A stretch of DNA of 64,000 nt from Chloroflexota bacterium (lineage in GTDB: Bacteria; Chloroflexota; UBA11872; VXNJ01). The stretch is taken from the NCBI GenBank assembly GCA_965261345.1, contig OZ253449.1:1856001-1920000 (forward strand). Reading direction: 5' to 3'. Made by a program: the position numbers and the translations under genes. The notes under the pieces were generated by a model. It was given only the letters and a program-made list of their open reading frames with translations. It was not told the DNA's origin and ran no database searches. Below, one piece after another: positions 9,214 to 19,254 of the stretch (the stretch's first letter is position 1; each line of letters opens with the position of its first letter).

Positions 9214-9380
9214 GCGGGGAGTAGTCGGCCGGTTTCGACCATTGCTCTGTCCGGTATTTCGCCGACTGATTCCTTCAACCGACGCAGCAAGGCCCAGCTT
9301 CTAGGACTTTCGCTCGACTGGCGTCTGCGATCCGCCCAGATTCGGGCGACGCCGGGCGCGCCGTAAAACAACTAGGGACC

Positions 9381-11453
9381 ATGACCAAGCCATTCCCCAT
9401 CGTACGGCGATACCTTGCCGCCGCGCGCCCACCGCTGGCGCTGGCGTTCTTTGCGGGGCTGGTGATTGCCCTTGCCGGTTGCGAGTTCTTTGTCGCGACC
9501 GTCGCCCCCACCCCCACTCTGGTCACTTCGGCCAGTTCGTCCTCGCGTCCGCTGGTGGCTGTCGAGCGTGGAACCGTCGAACAGGCTATTCGGGCCACCG
9601 GGAGGATCGTGGCGCGCGAACGCGAGGACCTTTACTTCCTTTCCGGCGGTCGCATCAAGGGAGTTACCGTACGCCAGGGCGACCTGGTTGAACCGGGCGA
9701 TGTATTAGCCGAGCTCGAAACTGGAAATCTCGCCTCCCAGGTGGCCGCCGCGCAGGAGAGTTTTGAAACCGCCTCGCTGCGGGTCAAAGCCGCCCAGCAG
9801 GCGCTAAACGACGACCGATCGAACATCCAACAACAACTGCTCGCGGCTCGCAACGATGTGATCCGAAAGCAGGAAGCGATCGATTTCGCCCTTGATGGCG
9901 GCGACCCTGATGCGGTTGCAACCGCCCGTGCGCAAGTGACCGCGGCCCAGTTGGCGGTCACCGAGTCCCAGATCAATCTGTCGGTGTTGCAACGATCGCC
10001 GGAGGACATCCGGGAACGGGTCGAATTGGAACTTGGGAGCCGGCGCGACATCCTGGCCGATCTGCAGCGCGAGCTGGCCAATCTCGTATCCGCTGGCGCG
10101 CCAACTGAGCTTGAAGTCAACGACCGGGCGCGAACCCGCCTGGAGAACCTGCGCAGCCAGGTGGCCAATGCCCAGGCCAACCTGCAGATCGCCAAGGACA
10201 ACCTGGACCGGGCGATTAACGGAGCCAGCGGCGACGACCTAGAACAGGCCCAGCTGATCTTTCGGCGGGCCGAGATCAACTATGAAAACGCCCTGGAGCG
10301 CAACTTTACAGGTGATCAGCGCGAGCAGACCCAGATATCGTACGATCTGGCCCGGTTGGCCTACGAACGGGCGGTAAATCCGGGCGACGAAACCGATGTG
10401 GCCAAGGCCCGGGTCGCCGTACAGCAGGCCGAGGCCAACCTGGAACGGGCGCGCGATCTGCTCAGCGATGTCCCTGGAAACGGCAGCGATGCGATCGCTC
10501 TGGCTTATCTGGTTGACCAGGTCCAATCTGAACACCGCAGCGAAATCGCCGCTGCGCAGTTGGCCGTGCTCGGTGCCCAGCGGGCGGTTGACGAGTACGA
10601 AGTCGAATTGGAAAACGTGAGCGGCGGCCGGGGATCCTCCGAGCAGCGGGCCGCCCAATCTGGCCTGGTAAGAGCTCAAAACGCATTGCAACAGGCCCAG
10701 ATCCGGCTCTCCGATTTGCTAAATCCGTCCGATTCGGCAATATCGATCGCCATGAACGATCTGAGCTTGGCGATCGCCCGCCTGGAGAATCTCGAGCGGC
10801 GGGAAGAGCAGTTCGTCCAGGGCGATTCGCAGAAGGACATCGACCTGACGATCACCAGCAACAATTTCGAGCAGGCCCGGATCCAACTCGAGCGCCTGCA
10901 GGCGCAGACCATCGAGAACTTGATCATTGCCCCGTTTGCGGGCGAAGTCACTTTCGTAAAGGGCCGCGCCGGCGACCAGATCCAGGCCTATCAGGAGATT
11001 GTTGGGCTGTCCAATCCACAGTTTCTGGTGCTTGAATCGCTGGTCCCTGAGGTTGAATTTGAGGATCTCTCAATCGGCCAGATCGTCGATGTTCAGCTCG
11101 ACGCCTTTCCCGGTCGCGATTTCCAGGGCCGAGTGACTTCGCTACCGCGCAGCATCGTCTCCAATACCGGCCAGGCGATCACCGTCCCTGAGACCGAGAT
11201 CGAGGTCGATTGGGGAACGGCGGGAGTAGAACTGGGAATGCTGGCGCGCCTGAAAATCACCGTCCAGGTCAAAAACGACGTGTTGAAGGTTCCGCTCGGG
11301 GCGGTACGGTCGGTCAACGCCCGTGACTTTGTCGAGACCATCGTCGACGGTCAACGCCGTAGCCTGCAGATTACGACCGGTATTTCTTCCGACACCGAGA
11401 TTGAGATCGAAGCTGGCCTTGAAGAGGGACAAGAAATCTACGCGTCGCTTTAG
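9381..11453 (+). CDS. HlyD/MacA-family membrane fusion (adaptor) protein with very long coiled coil, probable lipoprotein
   Basis: LAGC lipobox; lipoyl half-motifs GRIKGVTVRQGDLVEPGDVLAEL and IIAPFAGEV flanking ~400 aa heptad-rich region; beta-barrel and membrane-proximal C-terminus (GLEEGQEI). Confidence 0.88.
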   Translation: MTKPFPIVRRYLAAARPPLALAFFAGLVIALAGCEFFVATVAPTPTLVTSASSSSRPLVAVERGTVEQAIRATGRIVAREREDLYFLSGGRIKGVTVRQGDLVEPGDVLAELETGNLASQVAAAQESFETASLRVKAAQQALNDDRSNIQQQLLAARNDVIRKQEAIDFALDGGDPDAVATARAQVTAAQLAVTESQINLSVLQRSPEDIRERVELELGSRRDILADLQRELANLVSAGAPTELEVNDRARTRLENLRSQVANAQANLQIAKDNLDRAINGASGDDLEQAQLIFRRAEINYENALERNFTGDQREQTQISYDLARLAYERAVNPGDETDVAKARVAVQQAEANLERARDLLSDVPGNGSDAIALAYLVDQVQSEHRSEIAAAQLAVLGAQRAVDEYEVELENVSGGRGSSEQRAAQSGLVRAQNALQQAQIRLSDLLNPSDSAISIAMNDLSLAIARLENLERREEQFVQGDSQKDIDLTITSNNFEQARIQLERLQAQTIENLIIAPFAGEVTFVKGRAGDQIQAYQEIVGLSNPQFLVLESLVPEVEFEDLSIGQIVDVQLDAFPGRDFQGRVTSLPRSIVSNTGQAITVPETEIEVDWGTAGVELGMLARLKITVQVKNDVLKVPLGAVRSVNARDFVETIVDGQRRSLQITTGISSDTEIEIEAGLEEGQEIYASL

Positions 11454-11493
11454 CGACGCCATCACCCCCTGCGCGCGGGCCAGGTAGCGCCCG

Positions 11494-14352
11494 ATGTTGT
11501 TTCCGATGGCGGTATTTGCGGCAAAAAGGCTGCTGCATAAGAGCCAGTTGATCATCGCCACCGTTCTGGGCCTGATCATTACGGTGACGCTGGTTACTGC
11601 GGTGCCGGTATTTGCCGACGGAATGTCGGAATTTCTGCTCCAACGCGAGCTGACCGAGCCCAACACCGAGCGCCGCCAACCCAGTTCTTCGATTCTGTTG
11701 CGCCATTTCTCACGCCCGCAGCAAAATGAACCGCCGACCGCGGTCGAAGACTATTTGCTGGCCGACAATTTCTTCGCCCACCGGATGCCGCAATTGACCA
11801 GCATGGACGAGATCGGGCAGGTTTCCTACCTGCAAACCGACGTGCACCCGGTTCTCCCGTTTGAGGCCTCGATCCAGGCCGGCCGGCGCCAGCGGACCCT
11901 CAAATATGCTTGGTTTGCAACCGCTTCCGATCTGCTCGATAACATCATGTTCATCGAGGGCAGACCGGCTTCCTCGGAGATCGGGTCAATCGAGGTCGAT
12001 GGGGCCGAGTCCCTTCTGCTCGAGGCATCGGCATCCAACGACCTGCTCGACAAATTCGGGTACCTGGTGGGCGACCGGATAAAGCTCATCTACGAGGACG
12101 AGAACACCGAGGAAGAGCACCCGATCGTCTTTGACATCGTCGGACGCTGGGTGCCAACCGAACCCGAAAATCGCAGCTACTGGTTCTACAACCCGGATTC
12201 GACCTATAACCGCGGTGGCTTCGTGGTCAATCGCGACGTCTTGCTCGAGACCCTGGTGGGGAGGTATCCGGGGATTTTCTACGAGGCGACCTGGTACTCG
12301 AATTTTGATCCGGCCTCGATCCGGGCGTCCAATTACCGGGCGGTGGCCGGTGGGCTGGTGACGCTGCGGGCCAGCACCAATTCGATTCTCCCGGGAACCA
12401 AGCTGGACTATTCGCCACAAGACATCATCGTCCGCTTCAACGAAAAGCTGTTCTTTTTGAAACTGTTGCTATTCATCCTGGCGGCGCCGGTGGTGGCGAT
12501 CATCCTCTACTACGTCAGCCTGACGGCGGGGATGGTGGTGGACCAGCAACGCAATGAGATCGCGGTGCTCAAGAGCCGTGGGGTAGGGACCCATCAGATT
12601 GTTGGGGTTTACATAATGGAGGGGTTGTTGGTGGCCGCGGTGGCGCTGATCATAGGACCCTTGCTGGCGCTGGGCCTGGCCCAGGTGATCGGCAAGACGT
12701 ACACCTTCCTGGTGTTTACCAATCGTGAAAACCTTCCGCTGATGCTTACCCAGCAGCACTACCTGTACGCTGCCGGCGCGGTGCTGCTGGCGATGCTGGC
12801 AACCCTTGCACCGGCGATCGCAGCGGCCCGGCTCTCGGTTGTCGAATTCAAGCAGGATGTCTCCCGGACCCTGCGCAAACCGCTTTATCAGCGCTTCTTT
12901 CTGGATTTCCTGATCGTTGGACTCGTCATCTACGGATACATGACGCTGCGCAACCGGGACTCGCTGCTGAGCTTTGGCCCCAGCGGCGAGTTGTTCTCCG
13001 ATCCGCTGCTGGTGATCATGCCGGTGCTGTTCATCTTTGCCCTGGCGCTGCTGTTCCTGCGCTTTATTCCCTACGTGGTCGCTTTGCTGGCTTTTGCGGG
13101 GAACCGGTTCTGGGGAGTTGGCATTCACCTGGGTCTGCGCCAGATCGGGCGCAGCCCCGGACAGTACACACGGCTGGTGCTGTTGCTAATACTCACCTTT
13201 GCACTTGGAACGTTTTCCGCCTCGATGGCCGCCACCATCGATCGCAACATTTCCGACCGCGCCTACTATTCAGTCGGCTCGGACATTCTTTTTGAGGAAT
13301 CGGGCTATTGGGATGCCGACAACGAGGTCTGGATCATTCAACCGGCCGATCTGCACGCCAAGGCGGTCGACGCCAACGGCGAACCAATGCTGGAACAGTT
13401 CGCGCGTCTCTGGCACGATTCGGACGCCCACTTCGTCCCGCCGGGTCGCACCCAGGCGGAAGTCATAAATGTCTACGGGGTCGATCCGATCCCGTTTGCC
13501 AAGACCGTGTGGTGGCGGTCCGATTTTTCCCTCCACCACCTCAATTCGATGATGAACGCGCTAGCCGGCGACGAGCGCGCGCTCCTAGCCGACCAGTCGT
13601 ACTTTGGCGACGAATTGCTGTTGCGCCCGGGCGATCCGCTCACGATCCGGTTTTCGCAGACCGATTTGGACTTTTACATCGCTGGGTGGATCGACGATTT
13701 TCCGACCCATTACCCTGAACGCGGCCCGTACGTGGTCGCCAACCTTGACTACGTCCATCGCAACATCGGCGAGAGCCCCTGGGACATCCTCGGGGTTCCG
13801 GCCGGGGACAACCAGGCACCCGAAATTGCCGATGCAATCTGGGAACTGAGCATCGACCTGCTCCATTACAACGTCGCCCAGAATTTGATCCAGGACTCGC
13901 GCGCCGACGCCACCCAGACCGGTACCTTCGGAATCCTGACCGTCGGGTTCATCATCTCGACCCTGTTGACCCTGCTCGGTTTTCTGCTCTACTCGTTCCT
14001 CTCGTTTAGGCGACGCCTACAGGAATTTGGGGTACTGCGGGCGATGGGGCTCTCAGTTAGACAGATGATCAACCTGTTCATGTTCGAGAATGGATTCCTG
14101 ATCGGCATGGGCACTCTGGTCGGCACCCTGCTTGGGATATTGACCGGAAATCTTTTCATTCCCTTCCTGCAGCTGTCGGCCGACCAATTTGCCGACACCC
14201 CGGCTTTCGTGATCGAGACCGCTTGGGGGGACATCGCCAAGATCTTCCTGGTCTTGGGGGTCGTCCTGGCGGTGGCGGTGCCGGTTTCGATTTGGATGCT
14301 GCGGCGAATCCGCATTCACGAGGCGATGAAGTTTGGAGATGAAACCGGATGA
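11494..14352 (+). CDS. MacB/FtsX-family ABC transporter permease (duplicated)
   Basis: Two FtsX motifs (RNEIAVLKSRG, RLQEFGVLRAMG), two large extracytoplasmic domains, multiple TM helices. Confidence 0.9.
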   Translation: MLFPMAVFAAKRLLHKSQLIIATVLGLIITVTLVTAVPVFADGMSEFLLQRELTEPNTERRQPSSSILLRHFSRPQQNEPPTAVEDYLLADNFFAHRMPQLTSMDEIGQVSYLQTDVHPVLPFEASIQAGRRQRTLKYAWFATASDLLDNIMFIEGRPASSEIGSIEVDGAESLLLEASASNDLLDKFGYLVGDRIKLIYEDENTEEEHPIVFDIVGRWVPTEPENRSYWFYNPDSTYNRGGFVVNRDVLLETLVGRYPGIFYEATWYSNFDPASIRASNYRAVAGGLVTLRASTNSILPGTKLDYSPQDIIVRFNEKLFFLKLLLFILAAPVVAIILYYVSLTAGMVVDQQRNEIAVLKSRGVGTHQIVGVYIMEGLLVAAVALIIGPLLALGLAQVIGKTYTFLVFTNRENLPLMLTQQHYLYAAGAVLLAMLATLAPAIAAARLSVVEFKQDVSRTLRKPLYQRFFLDFLIVGLVIYGYMTLRNRDSLLSFGPSGELFSDPLLVIMPVLFIFALALLFLRFIPYVVALLAFAGNRFWGVGIHLGLRQIGRSPGQYTRLVLLLILTFALGTFSASMAATIDRNISDRAYYSVGSDILFEESGYWDADNEVWIIQPADLHAKAVDANGEPMLEQFARLWHDSDAHFVPPGRTQAEVINVYGVDPIPFAKTVWWRSDFSLHHLNSMMNALAGDERALLADQSYFGDELLLRPGDPLTIRFSQTDLDFYIAGWIDDFPTHYPERGPYVVANLDYVHRNIGESPWDILGVPAGDNQAPEIADAIWELSIDLLHYNVAQNLIQDSRADATQTGTFGILTVGFIISTLLTLLGFLLYSFLSFRRRLQEFGVLRAMGLSVRQMINLFMFENGFLIGMGTLVGTLLGILTGNLFIPFLQLSADQFADTPAFVIETAWGDIAKIFLVLGVVLAVAVPVSIWMLRRIRIHEAMKFGDETG

Positions 14353-15296
14353 GGGACTTCACTTCCGAGATTGAAGTTGGCCAATCGCTGGTGGTTTGCA
14401 CCGGGTTGGTCAAGATCTATAAGGTCGCCGATCTGGAGGTGGTGGCCCTGCAGGGATTGGATCTCTCAATCGGTCGTGGTGAACTGATGGCCATCATCGG
14501 CAACAGCGGTTCGGGCAAGTCGACCTTGCTAAACATCCTCGGGGGGTTGGACCGGCCGTCGGCTGGAAGTTGTCGGGTTGGCGATCTGGACCTGGTCAAC
14601 TGCTCCGAATCCGACATCGTCTTTTACAAGCGTCATATTGCCGGTTTTGTCTGGCAACAGAGTTCGCGCAACCTGATCCCTTACATATCGGCGTTGGAAA
14701 ACGTCGAGACGCCGATGATCTTCTCGGGAACATCGGGGCGGATGCGTCGCGAACGGGCTCGGGAGTTGCTGGTTACCGTCGGCCTGGCCGATCGCATGGA
14801 TCACCGCCCCGGAGAACTCTCGGGCGGCCAGCAGCAGCGGGTGGCGATCGCGGTTTCGCTGGCCAACAACCCCGACCTGCTGTTGGCCGACGAACCAACC
14901 GGCGAGGTTGACACCGAGACCGCACACCTGATCTACGATCTGTTCCACACCCTCAATCGCGAGCGCGGCCTGACCGTGATCGTGGTCTCACACGATCGCC
15001 AGATCGCCAACCAGGTTGACCGGGTGGTGGCAATTCGCGACGGGCGGACCTCGACTGAGACCGTGCGCCGGATTTCTGGAGACCAAACCGAGGGCGTATC
15101 GCACGAGGAATATGTAATCGTCGACGATGTAGGCCGGCTGCAGATTCCACAAGAGCACCTGGAAGAGGCCGGAATTTCCGGTCGTGCGGTGGTCGAATAT
15201 GAACAGGGTCGAGTTGTGATCAAACCGGCCGGCGACCAGGGAGATGCTCGCGGACGCAACGCGCCCGATCGCGGGCGTTTCCTGGGGGTCCGGTGA
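14349..15296 (+). CDS. ABC transporter ATP-binding protein (LolD/MacB type) with C-terminal AbrB-like domain
   Basis: [28 protein letters not shown]-terminal [10 protein letters not shown]...[11 protein letters not shown] overlap with permease. Confidence 0.92.
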   Translation: MRDFTSEIEVGQSLVVCTGLVKIYKVADLEVVALQGLDLSIGRGELMAIIGNSGSGKSTLLNILGGLDRPSAGSCRVGDLDLVNCSESDIVFYKRHIAGFVWQQSSRNLIPYISALENVETPMIFSGTSGRMRRERARELLVTVGLADRMDHRPGELSGGQQQRVAIAVSLANNPDLLLADEPTGEVDTETAHLIYDLFHTLNRERGLTVIVVSHDRQIANQVDRVVAIRDGRTSTETVRRISGDQTEGVSHEEYVIVDDVGRLQIPQEHLEEAGISGRAVVEYEQGRVVIKPAGDQGDARGRNAPDRGRFLGVR

Positions 15297-16174
15297 TGGA
15301 CCAAAGGAAATCGGCCAACGGCGTCCTGGTTGAGCTGCGGTCAGCTAGCCGCTATTACCACGAGGGCGGAGTCAACGAGGTCCGGGCGGTTGACCAGGTC
15401 AACTTGGAAATTGGCCGACAACGTTTCGTCGCGCTGCGCGGCCGCTCCGGATCGGGAAAAACCACCCTCCTGAATCTGATCGGCGGGCTCGACAAGGTCA
15501 CCGACGGGCAGATCCTTTTCGAGGGCCAGTCGCTGGCGGACCTATCCGACAACCGGCTAACTGAGATTCGCCGTCATTCGATGGGATTCGTGTTCCAGAC
15601 CTTTAGCCTGTTGCCGGTGCTTTCGGCTTTTGAAAACGTCGAGCTGACCATGCGCATTGCCGGTATGGCGCCAGCCGAACGGGCCATACGAGCGCGCGAA
15701 CTACTCACCCTGGTTGGCCTGCGCACTCGAATGCACCATCGGCCGTTCGAGCTCTCCGGCGGCGAACAGCAGCGGGTCGCAATCGCCCGCGCACTGGCCA
15801 ATCAACCGACCCTATTAATTGCCGATGAACCTACTGGATCGTTGGATTCGGTGACTGGAATCGAGATCGTCCTGCTATTCCGGCGGGTCGTGGAGGAGCA
15901 GGGCCTCACCGTTTTGATGGCGACTCATGATCCTTCACTCTCGCAATTTACCGACGACACATGGTTGATGGAAGACGGTCGGCTCAGCCATGCCGAGGGG
16001 CCGCTGGACATTGACCTGCCCGACCTGATCCAGCACGTCGAATTCGACGACCCGCTGCTCAATCAGGAAAAGTCGGTCCACGATGCAACCCGTGCGCTCG
16101 ACGAGGTTGCCCCGCCGCGAGCGATTCCAGTGATCGGCGGTACCGACCAGTTCCGGCGGCCCGAAAAACCTTAA
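15293..16174 (+). CDS. ABC transporter ATP-binding protein (LolD/MacB type)
   Basis: GRSGSGKT, LSGGEQQR, IADEPTG, THD. Confidence 0.92.
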   Translation: MMDQRKSANGVLVELRSASRYYHEGGVNEVRAVDQVNLEIGRQRFVALRGRSGSGKTTLLNLIGGLDKVTDGQILFEGQSLADLSDNRLTEIRRHSMGFVFQTFSLLPVLSAFENVELTMRIAGMAPAERAIRARELLTLVGLRTRMHHRPFELSGGEQQRVAIARALANQPTLLIADEPTGSLDSVTGIEIVLLFRRVVEEQGLTVLMATHDPSLSQFTDDTWLMEDGRLSHAEGPLDIDLPDLIQHVEFDDPLLNQEKSVHDATRALDEVAPPRAIPVIGGTDQFRRPEKP

Positions 16175-16178
16175 ATCC

Positions 16179-16310
16179 GGCTGCGCCTGGTGATATCTGG
16201 AAGCCGGCAGCCGGTCCGGCAAAGGATGCCCGCCCGACGATGTCAGAATCCCTGGATGGAGGCCCGACACGCCTGCTCTGCGGGTCGCCAGACCCAGATG
16301 ACGTCAGCTA
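16179..16310 (+). ncRNA. candidate structured ncRNA, 6S RNA-like rod with central bubble
   Basis: Nested complementarities GCTG/CAGC, CTGGTGA/TCGCCAG, GTCCGG/CTGGAT, GGAT/ATCC; bubble hairpin GCCTGC-TCT-GCGGGT; G-U pairs favour + strand. Manual folding only. Confidence 0.3.
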
Positions 16311-16428
16311 AGTGGACCCACAATCGGGGTATTTGCGGCGCCAACCCTGAATGCCGCCCTACGGTTAGCGCAATCGCTGCCGGTTCTCGGGTCCCGGCCG
16401 GGGCGACGCCTGCCATTGGCTTGCCTGG

Positions 16429-17031
16429 ATGAATCGGCCACCCGGATCCTTTTCCCGACTGGAGCGCTCACTGCTGGCGCCGCTGCGCCGGATCGGCGGG
16501 CCGGCGATCCTGGGAATTGCGCGCCCGTTGGCAAAACTTGGGATTTCGCCCAATGCCGTCTCACTCCTGCAGATACCGATCGGAGGGATAGTCGCCTGGT
16601 TGCTGGGGCAGAACCCGACGCTGGCACTGGCGCTCTTCGTGATGGCCCTGCTGCTGGACGGGATCGACGGGACCTTGGCCCGCGCCACCGGCAAGGCCTC
16701 TGCTTACGGTGCGCTCATCGACCAGGTCGCCGACCACGTGCGTGAACTGACCGTAATGGCCGGATTCGCGTTCGCCGGACTAATCGACGGAGGGATTGCG
16801 ACCCTCTACGCGGCGGCCTATCCGTTGACCAATGCCGTGCTGTGGATTGGTGACCGATATGACCGGCCGGTACCGCTTTCAGCCAAGGTTTGGTTTACGT
16901 TTTACCCATTTTTCGCTTTGTGGGCAATCACCGGGATTGATTGGCTCGAACCGGCTGCGCTGGCTTCGATCGGGCTGCTGCTCGCCAGCAGCGGATGGCA
17001 GCTGCGGCGGCTGCGTGCGGCCGAGCTTTGA
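16429..17031 (+). CDS. CDP-alcohol phosphatidyltransferase family protein
   Basis: ISPNAVS and DGIDGTLARATGKASAYGALIDQVAD signature; hydrophobic. Confidence 0.92.
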   Translation: MNRPPGSFSRLERSLLAPLRRIGGPAILGIARPLAKLGISPNAVSLLQIPIGGIVAWLLGQNPTLALALFVMALLLDGIDGTLARATGKASAYGALIDQVADHVRELTVMAGFAFAGLIDGGIATLYAAAYPLTNAVLWIGDRYDRPVPLSAKVWFTFYPFFALWAITGIDWLEPAALASIGLLLASSGWQLRRLRAAEL

Positions 17032-17053
17032 GATGGGCTTTTCCGACCGTCGG

Positions 17054-17920
17054 CTAGACGCTGATCCGCAGTCCGTCGCGCCCCCAGTGAAGCTCGCCGC
17101 CAAAGTGTCGGGCCACATCGGCGATCGCCCGTTCGGTTTCTCCCGGGGCCTCCATAGTCGGCGATTGGTGATTGATCAGCAGCCGCCGAGCCCCGGCCGA
17201 GGCGGCCATCCGACCGGCCGAATCGGTCGAAGTCTCCGATATGCGGCTGGGCAGGGTTTTCCCCAGGACCTCGCGGTGGACGGCTTCGATAACCGCCAGG
17301 TCGGCATCGCGACAGAGCTCAACAACCGCCTCACAGGGGGCGGTGTCGCCCGAAAACGCAAAGATTCCATCTTCGGTTTCAAATCTGAAACCGAAGCACT
17401 CAATGTACGGTTGGGCGTGCTTGACCTCGAGCGCACTCACCTGCCAGCCGTTTCCGGCAGCCACCGGCCCGTTTGCAAATTCTGAAACCTCCACCGTCGG
17501 CGGCGGTCGGTCGCCGCGGCCTCCGCGCGAGTGGTAGGCGTGGACGCTCATCGGATGGTTGGTGCGGGCGATTACGTCGTACCAGAAAACGCCCCGCTCC
17601 GGGCTCCAGAGCCGGTCGTGAATGTCGCGTAACGGCGTGGGGCCAAATACCTTGAGGTTGGGCTCGGTTCCGATCTGCTGGTCGAAACGAGTCATGAGAA
17701 AGCACGGATAGTCGGCGATGTGGTCGGAGTGCAGATGGGTAAAAAACAGATGTTCGATTTCAGTGCTAGCGACCCCGAACTGGTGTAACAGCTTGTGAGT
17801 GGAGGCCGGGCCGCAGTCAATTAGGAATTTCTGGCCCACCGCTTCAAGCAGAAAGCAGGTTCCCCAGCGGGTTAGGGCAGGCACCGGGGTGCCGCCGCCG
17901 ACTACCGAGAGACGGGCCAT
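17054..17920 (-). CDS. MBL-fold metallo-hydrolase (RNase Z/arylsulfatase AtsA-like)
   Basis: GGGTP, LIDCG, THLHSDH, FSGDT. Confidence 0.85.
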   Translation of the reverse strand: MARLSVVGGGTPVPALTRWGTCFLLEAVGQKFLIDCGPASTHKLLHQFGVASTEIEHLFFTHLHSDHIADYPCFLMTRFDQQIGTEPNLKVFGPTPLRDIHDRLWSPERGVFWYDVIARTNHPMSVHAYHSRGGRGDRPPPTVEVSEFANGPVAAGNGWQVSALEVKHAQPYIECFGFRFETEDGIFAFSGDTAPCEAVVELCRDADLAVIEAVHREVLGKTLPSRISETSTDSAGRMAASAGARRLLINHQSPTMEAPGETERAIADVARHFGGELHWGRDGLRISV

Positions 17921-17921
17921 G

Positions 17922-18944
17922 CTAGCAAATCTCCGCCGGGCGTACCCATTGGCCCGTGCGGGCCGATCGGTAGATCGCCTGGGCGATCTTGAATTCGGCG
18001 AGCGACTGCTCGGGGCCCGCGCGCAGCGGGGTGCCGTTCAAAATCGCGTTGGCAAAGTCGCCGATCTCACCGGCGAAAGCCCCCTGAAAACCCACCGGCT
18101 CCATCACCGAGCGGCCCTCGGGCGAATCTGAATCGTATACAACCAATTCACCCGCGAATCCTTCGCGAATGGCGATTTCGCCATCTGCCCCGACGATCCG
18201 CCACCAGTCCTGCGGCCCGATGTAGCCGTCGATATTTAGGGCTTCAAAGGCTGCAGTTTTTCCGGATTCAAATCGGAATATCGCCTGGCAGTGCGACTCA
18301 CCCTCCATGGCTGCAAATGGGTGGCCGACAACCGCCACCAGCGAATCGATTTCCCCCATCCAATTGCGCAGCGGCCGGATCCAATGCGAAGACCCGTCGA
18401 CCACGATTCCGCCGCCGGTCTTGGCGGCGTTAAGGCGCCAAGGATCCTCCTCGCGGAACCACTGCTTGTCGAAGCCGTAGACAAAGTGCGCCCGGGCGGT
18501 GATCACTTCTCCGATCACGCCCTGCTCGATTAGTTCTTGGGCGCGGATAAGTTCCGGCCAAAATTCGCCGTTTTCGGCGACCGCAAATACAAGACCGGAG
18601 TTTTTGGCTGCCGCCATTATGGCGTTGCAGGAGTCCAGCGAGGTGGACATAGGTTTTTCAAGCAGGACGTGTTTGCCGGCCGCGAACGCCTGCAGCGTCA
18701 ACGGCTCGTGCAGGTGATGCGGAACCAATATTTCGACGGCATCAAAACCGCCGTCGGCCAGCGCGGCGTCCAATGTCGGGTAGGCCTTCCCGCCGGTACG
18801 GTCGGCAAGAGCCTGGGCGCGTTCCAGCACCGGGTCAACCAGCGCAGTGACCGCTACCAGGCCACCCAATTCAGCAATGCCGGTTAGGTGGTACTGGGCG
18901 ATCGAGCCGCAGCCCACTAGCGCCATACGGAGTTGTTCGGCCAA
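17922..18944 (-). CDS. Gfo/Idh/MocA family oxidoreductase
   Basis: GCGSIA, HVLLEKP, GGGIVVDGSSHWI. Confidence 0.9.
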   Translation of the reverse strand: MAEQLRMALVGCGSIAQYHLTGIAELGGLVAVTALVDPVLERAQALADRTGGKAYPTLDAALADGGFDAVEILVPHHLHEPLTLQAFAAGKHVLLEKPMSTSLDSCNAIMAAAKNSGLVFAVAENGEFWPELIRAQELIEQGVIGEVITARAHFVYGFDKQWFREEDPWRLNAAKTGGGIVVDGSSHWIRPLRNWMGEIDSLVAVVGHPFAAMEGESHCQAIFRFESGKTAAFEALNIDGYIGPQDWWRIVGADGEIAIREGFAGELVVYDSDSPEGRSVMEPVGFQGAFAGEIGDFANAILNGTPLRAGPEQSLAEFKIAQAIYRSARTGQWVRPAEIC

Positions 18945-18953
18945 TTTTTTCCC

Positions 18954-19244
18954 CTATTCGGATTCGGACTCGTTTTCGTCGCGCCTTAAGACTCGACCTC
19001 GCCGGGCCATCCAGCCGGCGGCGTCCCAGGGAGCGCCCCAGAGCCACCACCAACAGCGCCGCACCAGGCGCATTGCGCCGATCGCCCAAATGACGACGAA
19101 TGCAATAAATCCTACGATCAGGGGCCAGATCCAGAGCGCCGGGATTACGATTCCACGCGAGTAGAACGCGAGATTGAGCCCCATTCCGGCGGCGGTAATT
19201 AGTAGCACCGCCACCGGCAACCGCAGCCTTGCCCACCGGTTCAA
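18954..19244 (-). CDS. small membrane protein, hypothetical
   Basis: Two TM helices; TTG start after AAGGGA just downstream of the uvrB stop; fills the operon gap. Confidence 0.55.
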   Translation of the reverse strand: MNRWARLRLPVAVLLITAAGMGLNLAFYSRGIVIPALWIWPLIVGFIAFVVIWAIGAMRLVRRCWWWLWGAPWDAAGWMARRGRVLRRDENESESE

Positions 19245-19254
19245 TTGCGATCCC

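Noticed and set aside
16195-16300. Cobalamin or ZTP riboswitch similarity (GGAAGCCGG..., GCCAG)
   Set aside because: B12 box, GCAACTGT and the ZTP pseudoknot elements are missing.
16190-16432. 80-aa ORF ending in an ATGA overlap with the CDP-alcohol transferase gene
   Set aside because: No RBS, motif or typical composition; structured RNA seems at least as likely, though the ORF is not fully excluded.
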